Assembly: GCA_965223415.1 (NCBI GenBank)
Contig: OZ245002.1
Location: forward strand, 5,256,757 to 5,320,756
DNA from: Myxococcota bacterium
GTDB lineage: Bacteria; Myxococcota_A; UBA9160; UBA6930
Length of the DNA stretch: 64,000 nt
Direction: 5' to 3'
This document shows, one piece after another, positions 30,948-42,254 of this stretch. A program made the position numbers and the translations under genes. Position 1 is the first letter of the stretch, and each line of letters begins with the position of its first letter. Under the pieces are notes generated by a model. That model was not told where the DNA came from. It saw nothing but the letters and a program-made list of their open reading frames with translations, and did not search any database.

Positions 30948-31817
30948 TCACTCCGTCGGGCTCTCTCCCAGCTTGAAGCGTACGAAACCGGAGACCTTGA
31001 TGGGGCTCCCCTGGGCGTCGCCGGCCTCCTTCACCAGGGCCTGGACGCTCTGGTCCGGATCCTTCACGAAGGCCTGCTCGAGCAGGCAGACCTCGCTGTA
31101 GTACTTCCGGATCCGGCCCTCCACGATCTTCTCGATCACCTGCGGGGGCTTGCCGTCCTGCTCGGCCTGGCGGCGGAAGAGCTCGGCCTCCCGGTCCAGG
31201 AGGTCCTGGGAGACCCCGTCCCGGTCGACCGCCACGGGGCTCGGGTCGGCGGCGGCCACGTGCATGGCCAGGTCTTTGGCGAGGGCGGCCACCGGGTCGC
31301 CCGGGGCGTCGGTCTCGAGGGCCACGAGCACGCCGAGCTTGCCGCCCGCGTGGATGTAGCCTCCGACCTGGCCGGAGCCGACGGCCAGCCGGGCCGAGCG
31401 CTTCAGCTGGACGTTCTCGCCCAGGGTGCCGACGGCGGCGCCGATCCGATCGCCGATCTTCTCTCCGTCGAGGGGGACGTCGGCCAGGGCTTCGCTGCCG
31501 GCGGCGTCCGGGTTCTCCGCGGCGGCGCCGGCGATCGCCGTGGCCAGGGCCTGGAAGTCGTCGGTCTTGGCGACGAAGTCGGTCTCGCAGCCGAGCTCCA
31601 CCAGGCCGGCGACGTTGCCGGCGAGGGCCATGGCGATCGTGCCCTCCGAGGTCTCCCGGCCCGCGCGCTTGACGGCCTTGGCCAGGCCCTTCTCGCGCAG
31701 CAGCTCGATGGCCTTGTCGACATCGCCGTCGGCCTCGGCCAGGGCCTTCTTGCAGTCCATCATCCCGGCTCCGGTGCGATCCCGGAGCCCCTTCACGTCA
31801 CTGGCGGAAACGGCCAC
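30948..31817 (-). CDS. tsf: Elongation factor Ts
   Basis: The GTG at 31817 (GGAGAGG upstream), in the frame of listed ORF 30948..33317, gives (M)[43 protein letters not shown] (UBA-like N-terminus). Confidence 0.95.
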   Translation of the reverse strand: MAVSASDVKGLRDRTGAGMMDCKKALAEADGDVDKAIELLREKGLAKAVKRAGRETSEGTIAMALAGNVAGLVELGCETDFVAKTDDFQALATAIAGAAAENPDAAGSEALADVPLDGEKIGDRIGAAVGTLGENVQLKRSARLAVGSGQVGGYIHAGGKLGVLVALETDAPGDPVAALAKDLAMHVAAADPSPVAVDRDGVSQDLLDREAELFRRQAEQDGKPPQVIEKIVEGRIRKYYSEVCLLEQAFVKDPDQSVQALVKEAGDAQGSPIKVSGFVRFKLGESPTE

Positions 31818-31930
31818 TGGGGTCCTCTCCTCGATCTTGGTCGGCCCGTTGGGGCCCGGGACCGCCGGTCGGACGGGCCCTTCGGGTGGGAGCGGCCGGC
31901 GGGCGGCCGCACGTGGGTTGGGCGGGCCGG

Positions 31931-33007
31931 CTAGGCGTCCGCCTTGGGTTCGTCGGCGGCCTTGGCCTTGGCCTCGCCCCCCTCGGCGGGCGCGGCGGGC
32001 GCCGCCGGAGCAGCGGGAGCCGTCGGAGCGGCCTCGGTCTCGGCCGGAGCCGGGGCCGGGGCCTCCTCGCGGCGAGGGCGACCCATCGCCGAGTGGGCGC
32101 CGCCGGCCTGGCGGCCGCGGCGGCCTCCGGCTGGCTGCTGCTTGATCTCCACAACGCGGCGTCCCGGAGTCGCCTCGGGCTGGGCCTCGGCACCCCGGGT
32201 CGGCTCGTCGTGAACCACCCGCTCGTTGAAGAGCTCGGCGCCCTCGAGGCAGGCGTCGGCGACCAGCTCGCAGTAGAGCTCGATCGCCCGCACGGCGTCG
32301 TCGTTGGCCGGCACCACGAAGTCGACCCCCTGCGGATCGCAATTCGTGTCGACCACCGCGACGATCGGGATCCCCAGGCGCCGGGCCTCCGAGATCGCGA
32401 TGTGCTCCTTGTTGACGTCGATCACGAACATCGCGTCGGGCAGGCGGCCCATCTCGCGGATGCCGTCGAGGGACTTGCGGTACTTCGTGACCGAGCGGTT
32501 GAGACGCGAGAGCTCCTTCTTCGAGAGCTCGCCCACCTTCTCCTCGTCGGCCAGGATCTCGAGCTGCTCCTTGAAGTGCTCGATGGACTTCTTGACCGTG
32601 CGGAAGTTGGTGAGCATGCCGCCGAGCCAGCGGTTGTTCACGTAGAACTGCTGGCTTCGCTCGGCCGCACCCTTCACGGCCGGGCCTGCCTGTCGTTTGG
32701 TGCCGACCAGCAGCACCTTGCCGCCCTGGGCCACCGTCTCCCGGAGGAACTCGAGGGCACCGACCAGGTGCGGGGCGGTCTGATCGAGGTCGATGATGTG
32801 GATGCCGCCGCGCTCGCCGAAGATGAAGGGCTTCATCTTCGGGTTCCAACGGCGGGTCTGGTGGCCGAAGTGCGCACCTGCTTCCAGCAGGGAGCGGACG
32901 TTCGCCGTACGCTTCTCGCGCTCCTCGGCCGGGGCCGCGGGCTCGGCAGCGGCCGGCGGGGCGGCGACCGGGGCCTGGACGGACGGATCCGTCGGCGTCT
33001 CGGACAT
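31931..33007 (-). CDS. rpsB: 30S ribosomal protein S2 with N- and C-terminal low-complexity extensions
   Basis: The ATG at 33007 has AAGGAG 6 nt upstream. The core is LLEAGAHFGHQTRRWNPKMKPFIFGERGGIHIIDLDQT. It is flanked by about 35 aa of A/P/E-rich sequence at the N-terminus and about 100 aa of A/P/E/K-rich sequence at the C-terminus. Confidence 0.95.
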   Translation of the reverse strand: MSETPTDPSVQAPVAAPPAAAEPAAPAEEREKRTANVRSLLEAGAHFGHQTRRWNPKMKPFIFGERGGIHIIDLDQTAPHLVGALEFLRETVAQGGKVLLVGTKRQAGPAVKGAAERSQQFYVNNRWLGGMLTNFRTVKKSIEHFKEQLEILADEEKVGELSKKELSRLNRSVTKYRKSLDGIREMGRLPDAMFVIDVNKEHIAISEARRLGIPIVAVVDTNCDPQGVDFVVPANDDAVRAIELYCELVADACLEGAELFNERVVHDEPTRGAEAQPEATPGRRVVEIKQQPAGGRRGRQAGGAHSAMGRPRREEAPAPAPAETEAAPTAPAAPAAPAAPAEGGEAKAKAADEPKADA

Positions 33008-33132
33008 TCGGGTCTCCTTCGCGGTTGGTCCTCCGCCCCGGGCCGTGTCCTCCCCACCGCCGGCCGCAGCCGGCGGACCGCTGGGGCAGCCCGGAACGTG
33101 TGAAGTCGCGAAGAGTTAGCAGACTCCGGAAG

Positions 33133-33205
33133 GTGAGACAAAGGGACGTTCCTTTCTGTCTCACGGCGATGCCGTGAGACAGAAAGGAACGTCCCTTTGT
33201 CTCAC
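33133..33205. repeat. Perfect 73-nt palindrome (35-bp arms, 3-nt centre) with nested sub-palindromes, overlapping the argJ stop codon
   Basis: Arm 33133-33167 (GTGAGACAAAGGGACGTTCCTTTCTGTCTCACGGC) is the exact reverse complement of arm 33171-33205. Each arm is itself an imperfect hairpin (GTGAGACA/AAGG...CCTT/TGTCTCAC). The sequence is AT-rich relative to its surroundings. Confidence 0.95.
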
Positions 33206-34401
33206 GTCGTGTACTCGGCGTTGATGCGGACGTAGTCGTAGGAGAGGTCGCAGGTCCAGAAGCGGGCCTTGGCCCGGCCGGCGGCGAGGTGGATGCGGAT
33301 GGCGATCTCGGGGGCACCCATGCGCCGGCCGGCCCGCTCGCGCGCCGCCTCGCCGGTGCTGGCGCCCCGCCGGAAGACCGGGACGCCGCACAGGTCGACC
33401 CGGGTCCGGGCCAGATCGAGCCGCACCTCCCCGGCCCCGACGGTCTGGAGGATGCGACCCCAGTTGGGGTCGCGGCCGAAGAGCGCGGTCTTGACCAGCA
33501 TCGAGTTGGCGATGCGGCGGCCGGCGCGCTCCGCCTCGGCCGGGCTCTGGGCCCCGGTCACCTCGACGGTCACCAGCTTCGTCGCGCCTTCCCCGTCCCG
33601 GGCCAGGCCCTGAGCCAGCTCCGTGCAGAGCGTGTGCAGCCCCTCCTGCAGGCGGCGGCCCGCCGCGCCGCGGGCGCTGCGCAGGGGGCGCGCGCCGCAG
33701 GCGCCGTTGGCCAGCAGGATCGCCGTGTCGCTCGTCGACGTCTCCCCGTCGATCGTGACCCGATTGAAGGTGTCGTCGGCGACCTCGCGCCACATCCCGC
33801 GCAGGAGGTCGGGCTCGATGGCAGCGTCGGTCACCGCGAAGGCGAGCATCGTCGCCATGCGGGGCTCGAGCATCCCGGAGCCCTTCGCCATACCGGCGAT
33901 GTTGACCATCGCCTCGCCGACCCGCAGGCGCCGATGGGCGACCTTGGCAACGGTGTCGGTCGTCAGGATCGCCTCCGCCGCTGCCGCCAGGCCGTCCGGA
34001 TCGAGGGCGGCGGCCAGCTGCGGGATGCCGCGCTCGATCCTCCCCATCGGAAGCCGCACGCCGATCACCCCCGTGGACGCGGTGAGCACGTCGCGCGCCT
34101 CGCAGCCGACGGCCTTCGCGGCCGCCGCCGCCATCACCAACGCGTCCTGCTCGCCCCGCTCGCCCATCGCCACGTTCGCGTTGCCGGCGTTCGCGACGAT
34201 GCCCCGCGCCCGGCCCCCGCGCAGGTGGCGCTTCGCGACCACCACCGGTGCGCCGGGCACGGTCGAGCGCGTGAAGACGCCGGCGGCGGCGGCTGGACGA
34301 TCGCTCACGATCAGCGCCAGGTCGCGGGCCCCATCGTCCTTGATCCCGCAGTGCACGCCCGCGAACGCGAATCCGCGAACGCGGCGGGCTCGAGCCGCCA
34401 T
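33202..34401 (-). CDS. argJ: Bifunctional ornithine acetyltransferase / N-acetylglutamate synthase
   Basis: ...AGMAKGSGMLEPRMATMLAFAVTDA contains the ATML autoprocessing site. ...TIDGETSTSDT... and the C-terminal DLSYDYVRINAEYTT are also present. Confidence 0.93.
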   Translation of the reverse strand: MAARARRVRGFAFAGVHCGIKDDGARDLALIVSDRPAAAAGVFTRSTVPGAPVVVAKRHLRGGRARGIVANAGNANVAMGERGEQDALVMAAAAAKAVGCEARDVLTASTGVIGVRLPMGRIERGIPQLAAALDPDGLAAAAEAILTTDTVAKVAHRRLRVGEAMVNIAGMAKGSGMLEPRMATMLAFAVTDAAIEPDLLRGMWREVADDTFNRVTIDGETSTSDTAILLANGACGARPLRSARGAAGRRLQEGLHTLCTELAQGLARDGEGATKLVTVEVTGAQSPAEAERAGRRIANSMLVKTALFGRDPNWGRILQTVGAGEVRLDLARTRVDLCGVPVFRRGASTGEAARERAGRRMGAPEIAIRIHLAAGRAKARFWTCDLSYDYVRINAEYTT

Positions 34402-34440
34402 CAGCTCCCTACGCGGCGGGCTCGCGGAGCCATCAGCTCC

Positions 34441-34446
<6 letters not shown>
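34383..34446 (-). repeat. Tandem duplication (2 x 32 nt, 29/32 identical) of the secA-stop / RBS / argJ-start module
   Basis: On the minus strand, GCGTAGGGAGCTGATGGCTCCGCGAGCCCGCC (34446-34415) is followed directly by GCGTAGGGAGCTGATGGCGGCTCGAGCCCGCC (34414-34383). Confidence 0.9.
34401..34433 (-). CDS. Putative 10-codon uORF (MAPRARRVGS) created by the duplication, terminating on the argJ start codon
   Basis: The ATG at 34433 is preceded by GGGAG. The TGA at 34403-34401 shares its A with the argJ ATG (34401-34399). The peptide mirrors the argJ N-terminus MAARARRV. Confidence 0.3.
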   Translation of the reverse strand: MAPRARRVGS

Positions 34447-37194
<2,748 letters not shown>

Positions 37195-37268
37195 CAGCGG
37201 GCACCCGGCTCCCTCGGGGGTGAGGGACGGAGGTTACGGGAGGGGTCTTGGGGGGGCCACCCGACGCA

Positions 37269-37601
37269 TCACGGGCGCGCGAACCGCAGGCGAAGCTTGC
37301 CGATCTGGATCTCGTCGCCGTCGCCAAGGACGCGGCGTTCGTGCTTCTTGCCGTTCACCAGCGTGCCGTTCGTGCTCCCCAGGTCTTCGACGAAGAAGCC
37401 GTCCGCGGCCACCCAGCCGATGGCGGCGTGGGCCCGGGAGATGGTCGGCTCGGCCAGGACCGCGTCGGCGGTGCGGCCGCGGCCGATCACGAACCAGTCG
37501 CTCTCGACCGGGATCTCGAGGCCTTCGTAGAAGCCGCGCAGGACCGTGATCGAAGCGCCCATCGGCATCCGCCCCGCGGCCTGTGCTGCTTCCGTCGCCA
37601 T
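37269..37601 (-). CDS. Small FHA-domain protein (110 aa)
   Basis: FVIGRGRTADAVLAEPTISRAHAAI...FFVEDLGSTNGTLVNGKK is the canonical FHA pattern (G-R...S-x-x-H...N-G). Confidence 0.85.
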   Translation of the reverse strand: MATEAAQAAGRMPMGASITVLRGFYEGLEIPVESDWFVIGRGRTADAVLAEPTISRAHAAIGWVAADGFFVEDLGSTNGTLVNGKKHERRVLGDGDEIQIGKLRLRFARP

Positions 37602-37691
37602 CCAGGGATCCCCATGCCCATCGGCCGCGCGGGCCAGCCCCCGGGGCCTTCATCGGAGTGGACCGGGGCGGACTTGACCGGGGCAGCCCGG

Positions 37692-39425
37692 CTACTGGCG
37701 CCGGGTGCGTCGCTTTCCCTTCGGCGAGGCACCCTGAGCGCCCTTCAGGAGCGACCGCGCGTGCTCCCGAGTCTCGTCCCCCGGCGCCTCCCCGCCGGCC
37801 ATGCGGGCGACCTCCTCGACCCGCCCCTCGTCGTCCAGGGCCTCCACCCGGCTCACGGTGCGGCCGCCGGCCTGGCCCTTCGCGACCCGGAAGTGGCTTG
37901 CCGGCTGGGCGGCGATCTGGGGCAGGTGGGTGATGCACAGCACCTGGTGCTCCCGGGCCAGGGAGGCCAGCACGCCACCGACTCGCTCGGCGACCGCGCC
38001 GCCGATGCCGGCGTCGACCTCGTCGAACACCAGCACCATGCCCTGGGTCGTCTCACGCAGCACGTTCTTCAGGGCCAGGAAGATCCGCGAGAGCTCGCCG
38101 CCGGACGCGACCTTGCGCAGCGGCCGCGGCGCCTCGCCCTCGTTGGCGGAGAACAGGATCTCCGCGCTCTCCGCGCCGCTCGGGCCGCACGGCACACCCG
38201 GCTCTGGGGGCACCGGCGCGAGCGCCACCTCGACCCGCGCCTGGGCCAGGGCCAGCTCGCGCACCCCCGTCTCGGCGGCCTCGGCCAGGGCCTTGGCGGC
38301 CTTGCGGCGCGCCCGGCTGAGCTTGGCCGCACGCTTGGCGAGCTTGTCGTGGAGAGCGGCCTGCTCGCTCTCGAGCTTGCCCATGCGCTCGTCGCTGCTG
38401 CCGAGGGCCGCGAGCTCCAACGCCGCCTGCTCGCGAAAGGCCAGGATGTCCTCGACCCGCGCGCCGTACTTGCGCTTCAGCCGCTCGAGGCCCTCGATGC
38501 GCTCCTCGACGAAGGCCAGGCGGGCCGGATCCGCGTCGATCCGCCCCGTGTAGCGCTCGAGGTCCCGGGCCAGGTCGGCGAGCTCCGCGGCCGCCCCCGC
38601 CAGGCGCTCGGCGGCCTCGCCCAGCTCCGGATCCAGCTCGGACAGGGCGGCCAGGGTGCGCTGGGCCTCGGCCAGGCGATCGCCCACCGCTGCCGCCTCG
38701 CCACCGGAGGGGTCGCCGGCGAGGGCGGCGACGACACCGCTCGCCTCGCCGGCCAGGCGTTCCGCGTGCACGAGGCGCCGGTGCTCCGCTTCCAGCTCCG
38801 TAGTCTCCGCCGGGTCGAGACCGGCCTCGTCGATCTCCTTCACCTGGAAGGCGAGGAAGTCCTCGCGCCGGGCCCGCTCCTCGGCCTCGGTGCGCAGGGC
38901 CTCGAGCTCGGCCCGCCCGGCCCGCAGCTCGTGCACGCCCTCCTCCACGGCCCGGCGATCGCCCTGCAAGCCGCCGTGGTGATCGAGCAGGCGTCCCTGG
39001 GTCTCGGCCCGCAGCAGCGCCTGGGACGCGTGCTGACTCGACACCTCGATGCGTCCCGCGAAGAGCTCGGCGAGCGTCGAGATGGGAACCAGGCGGCCGC
39101 CGACCCAGGCCCGCCCCCGCCCGTTGCGTTGGAGGCTGCGCCGTACGATCAACGCGCCGTCCTCGTCCTCGAGTCCGCGTTCGGCGAGCGCCTCCGCGAG
39201 CTCGGGCTGGCCGCCGATCCCGAAGACCGCCTCGACCACCGCCTGGTCGGCGCCCTCGCGGATCGCCTCGCGATCGGCCCTGGCCCCGGCCAGCAGCGCG
39301 AGCGCGCCCAGCACGATCGACTTGCCGGCACCGGTCTCGCCGGTGAGCACGTTGAGCCCCGGGCCGAACTCGAGCTCCAGCGCGTCGACCAGGGCGAGCT
39401 GCTCGATGCGAAGCCGCTCGATCAA
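37692..39425 (-). CDS. recN: DNA repair protein RecN
   Basis: MIERLRIEQLALVDALELEFGPGLNVLTGETGAGKSIVLGAL carries the Walker A motif. A long coiled coil follows, and the C-terminus has SGGELSRIFLALK...LVFDEVDAGIGG. Confidence 0.95.
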   Translation of the reverse strand: MIERLRIEQLALVDALELEFGPGLNVLTGETGAGKSIVLGALALLAGARADREAIREGADQAVVEAVFGIGGQPELAEALAERGLEDEDGALIVRRSLQRNGRGRAWVGGRLVPISTLAELFAGRIEVSSQHASQALLRAETQGRLLDHHGGLQGDRRAVEEGVHELRAGRAELEALRTEAEERARREDFLAFQVKEIDEAGLDPAETTELEAEHRRLVHAERLAGEASGVVAALAGDPSGGEAAAVGDRLAEAQRTLAALSELDPELGEAAERLAGAAAELADLARDLERYTGRIDADPARLAFVEERIEGLERLKRKYGARVEDILAFREQAALELAALGSSDERMGKLESEQAALHDKLAKRAAKLSRARRKAAKALAEAAETGVRELALAQARVEVALAPVPPEPGVPCGPSGAESAEILFSANEGEAPRPLRKVASGGELSRIFLALKNVLRETTQGMVLVFDEVDAGIGGAVAERVGGVLASLAREHQVLCITHLPQIAAQPASHFRVAKGQAGGRTVSRVEALDDEGRVEEVARMAGGEAPGDETREHARSLLKGAQGASPKGKRRTRRQ

Positions 39426-39444
39426 GCCTCCCCCCGTTCTTCGC

Positions 39445-40314
39445 TCAAGCCTTGCCCCAGCCGAGCTTGGTTCGCAGCACGTCGAAGCGGGAGCGGAAGG
39501 GCGAGACGACGAAGTGGGCCGGGTGCTCGGAGCCCTGCACCTCGACCCGGTCGTCGGTCTCCAGGGTCACCGCCACCTGGCCGTCGAGGGTGAGATTGGC
39601 GGTGCCGTCGCGGGGGAAGACGCGGATCTCGAGACGGGAGGTGTCCGGCACCACCACCGGGCGCTGGGACAGGCCGTGTGGACAGATCGGCGTGAGCACC
39701 AGGGCGCGGGAGCCGGGCATCAGGATGGGCCCGCCCGCGGAGAGGGTGTAGGCGGTGGAGCCGGTCGGTGTGGCGACGATCAGGCCGTCGCCGCGGTAGG
39801 TCGTCACCGGCGCGCCGTCGGTCCAGGTCTCGAGGTCGATCATCCGCGAGAGATCGCTGCGGTTGATGACGGCGTCGTTCAGGGCGAGCGATTGGATCAG
39901 CACGCGCTCGCCGCGGAGGGCCCGCACCTGGAGCCGGGTGCGGGGCACGACGTCGAAGTCGCCGGCCAGCACCCGCCCGAGTACCGCATCGAGCTCTTCC
40001 GGCGCGACTTCGGCGAGGAAGCCCAGCGCGCCCTGGTTCACGCCGAGGATGGGCACGGGGCGCGAGCCGGCCTCCCGCGCCACGGCCAGGAGGGTGCCGT
40101 CGCCGCCGACGACGATCAGCAGGTCCGCCTTCTCCGCGAGGGCGGCTCGCGCCACACCCTCGCCGCCCAGCAGCTCCGCGGCCTGGGGATCGAGCAGGGC
40201 CTCGACGCCCCGGGCCGCGAGCTCCGCGAGGAGGTGCCCAGCCACCTCCCCGGCATCGCGCGCCGCCGGTTTCAGGCACACGCCGACCGTCCGCACCGGA
40301 GAGCGGGCCGTCAT
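39445..40314 (-). CDS. nadK: NAD kinase
   Basis: LLIVVGGDGTLL (GGDG motif), NDAVINR and ATPTGSTAYTLSAGGPI are present. Confidence 0.92.
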   Translation of the reverse strand: MTARSPVRTVGVCLKPAARDAGEVAGHLLAELAARGVEALLDPQAAELLGGEGVARAALAEKADLLIVVGGDGTLLAVAREAGSRPVPILGVNQGALGFLAEVAPEELDAVLGRVLAGDFDVVPRTRLQVRALRGERVLIQSLALNDAVINRSDLSRMIDLETWTDGAPVTTYRGDGLIVATPTGSTAYTLSAGGPILMPGSRALVLTPICPHGLSQRPVVVPDTSRLEIRVFPRDGTANLTLDGQVAVTLETDDRVEVQGSEHPAHFVVSPFRSRFDVLRTKLGWGKA

Positions 40315-40410
40315 CGGCTCCCTCCCGACACGGCTTCCATCCCGCGACTGCCCGACGCCACCGTCACCCGGCCTCCTGCCCGTTCGTCAGCTTCCCAAGA
40401 GTAGGGAACC

Positions 40411-40440
40411 CGGGCGTCGGCCCGCCTCGGCCGACGCCCG
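40411..40440 (-). terminator. 12-bp perfect GC-rich hairpin downstream of the 40490..40954 gene (possible terminator)
   Basis: CGGGCGTCGGCC (40411-40422) pairs with GGCCGACGCCCG (40429-40440) across a 6-nt loop. It begins 50 nt after the stop codon on the minus strand. The following sequence is only weakly T-rich. Confidence 0.45.
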
Positions 40441-40489
40441 CAATGCGGCCGACGGAACCGGCCCCGAACGCAACGGGCCGCGGGGGCTC

Positions 40490-40954
40490 CTAGCGGTAGT
40501 AGGGCGCGAGCTTGATCAGGGCCGTGCCGACAGGAGTGATCTTGGCGAAGACCGCCTCCGGGATCAGGGCCCGCCGGCCGTTCTCGGCGGCGTCGTTGCG
40601 CAGCAGCTCGATGCGCTTGAAGCGCGGAAGGGTCGCTTCCTTGCCCTCGCCGTTCGCCAGGCTCGCAGCGAGGCCACGAGAGGCGCTCGCCAGCATGCGC
40701 ACGTCGTCCTTGGCCCGGTACCAGCTGGCCTGGTTGGCCGGGTCGAGGTTGTCCGGGAGCTTGGCAATGGCGTCGTCCAGGGCCGCGCAGGCGTCGGCGA
40801 GCTCCTGGGCGTAGCTGGTGAGCCGCTCCTGGTTCCAGTTGGCGACGGGTTCATCGCCCTGGGCCCAGCCGGCGCCGGCCGCCCCCAGCAGCACGAGGCC
40901 CGCACCCAGGGCCAGGACGCTCCGCAGGTGCCTTCGCATTCCGATGGGCATCAC
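40490..40954 (-). CDS. Secreted helical protein of unknown function (154 aa)
   Basis: The signal peptide is ...RRHLRSVLALGAGLVLLGAAGAGWA. The rest is Ala/Leu/Asp-rich with heptad-like spacing (AQELADACAALDDAIAKL..., ASASRGLAASLANGEG...). I recognise no motif. GC3 is high in this frame. Confidence 0.6.
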   Translation of the reverse strand: MMPIGMRRHLRSVLALGAGLVLLGAAGAGWAQGDEPVANWNQERLTSYAQELADACAALDDAIAKLPDNLDPANQASWYRAKDDVRMLASASRGLAASLANGEGKEATLPRFKRIELLRNDAAENGRRALIPEAVFAKITPVGTALIKLAPYYR

Positions 40955-40989
40955 TCCTCCTCCTCCCCTGATCCGGGGACCTCACCCTA

Positions 40990-42237
40990 TCACGGCTGCG
41001 ATGTGGTGCGCAGCGACGGCTCGGCGTCCGCAGCCTGGGGACCGGGCTCGGGCTCCGCCCGGATCTCGAGGGAACGGCGGTCCCGCTGCCGCCCGCGTTC
41101 GATCTCCGCCCACATCTCGAGCTCGCGGGTCCGGCGCCGCAGGGCCTGGAGGCGCCGTTCGAGGAGAGCGCGGTCGCCGATCCCGCCGACCCGAAGCTCG
41201 ACCGTCCGCTCGACGACGTCCCTTCGGCCGTCGACCCGCCTCGCCTCGACGCGCAGACGGTTGCGCCCCTCCGCCAGGCGAACGAGGCCGTCGAAGCTGC
41301 CGTCCGGAAACGTGCGCACCGCGCGAGCGGGCTCGCCGGTGGTGGCGTTGCGGATCTCCAGGCCTGCCAGCTCGACGAGATCGAGGCGACGGAGCACCGT
41401 CGCCACCTCTGCAGGCGATTCCACCCGCTGCATCCGCCCGCCGCTGCCCCGGGCCATGGCGTCGAGGGTCGCCTCGGCCTCGAGGGCACGAGGACCGATC
41501 GCGAAGGGGAACACGCGGATGCCCCGCCCGCCGGCCTCCCGGGCCGCCTGCCGGGCGTGGTAGGCGGGTCCGTCGGCGATGGGCAGGGTGGGCTTCCCGT
41601 CGGTGAGGAGCACGATGAACCGCTCACGCTCCGAGAGGGGCTGGTCGTCCGGCGCCAGGGCCGCGGTGGCGAGTCGCACCGCGCCGGCCAGGTTCGTGCC
41701 CCGCAGCCAACGGGGCGCGGCGAGCCGGATCTCGTCGAGGGCGCGACGCAGGGCCACCGGCGGGGTGCCGAGAGGCGCCACCCAGCTCGCGTCGTCGGAG
41801 AAGACGACGAGGCCCACGCGGAAGCGACGCGGATCGAGCCGCTCGATCAGGGCGGCGGTCGCCTCCAGCTCGGCGGCCAGGATCGAGTCCTCCAGGTCGA
41901 GGCCTCCTTCGAGGCGCACCGCCAGACGCGGGGGCACGTTGCCGCGCTTCTCCAGGCCGGCGAGCCACGCGGGATCGGTCCGGCCGTCGGCGCCGTCCCC
42001 GTCCAGATCGGCGCCGCTCGGATGCAGCGTGCTGTCCGAGAGGTCGAGGGCCACGACCAGGTCGAAGCCGGCGCCGCCCCGGGAGCCCGCCCGCCCCGTC
42101 ACCTCGAAGAGCGCCACGTCCTGCACCCGCTCCCGGGGCGCCGGCGCCACCACCTCCAGCCAGGCGCTGCCAGCGGCGCCCGGCCCGGCGACGCCGAGCA
42201 CGAGGGCACAGCCGATCAGCCGAAGCCGAGACGTCAT
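40990..42237 (-). CDS. Secreted von Willebrand factor A (VWA) domain protein with a C-terminal coiled-coil tail
   Basis: The signal peptide is MTSRLRLIGCALVLGVAGPGAAGSAW. The MIDAS-type motif is VVALDLSDST (DxSxS). FIVLLTDGKPT is present. The basic, helical C-terminus reads ALLERRLQALRRRTRELEMWAEIERGRQRDRR. Confidence 0.8.
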   Translation of the reverse strand: MTSRLRLIGCALVLGVAGPGAAGSAWLEVVAPAPRERVQDVALFEVTGRAGSRGGAGFDLVVALDLSDSTLHPSGADLDGDGADGRTDPAWLAGLEKRGNVPPRLAVRLEGGLDLEDSILAAELEATAALIERLDPRRFRVGLVVFSDDASWVAPLGTPPVALRRALDEIRLAAPRWLRGTNLAGAVRLATAALAPDDQPLSERERFIVLLTDGKPTLPIADGPAYHARQAAREAGGRGIRVFPFAIGPRALEAEATLDAMARGSGGRMQRVESPAEVATVLRRLDLVELAGLEIRNATTGEPARAVRTFPDGSFDGLVRLAEGRNRLRVEARRVDGRRDVVERTVELRVGGIGDRALLERRLQALRRRTRELEMWAEIERGRQRDRRSLEIRAEPEPGPQAADAEPSLRTTSQP

Positions 42238-42254
42238 GGCCGGCGCTACCCCCG

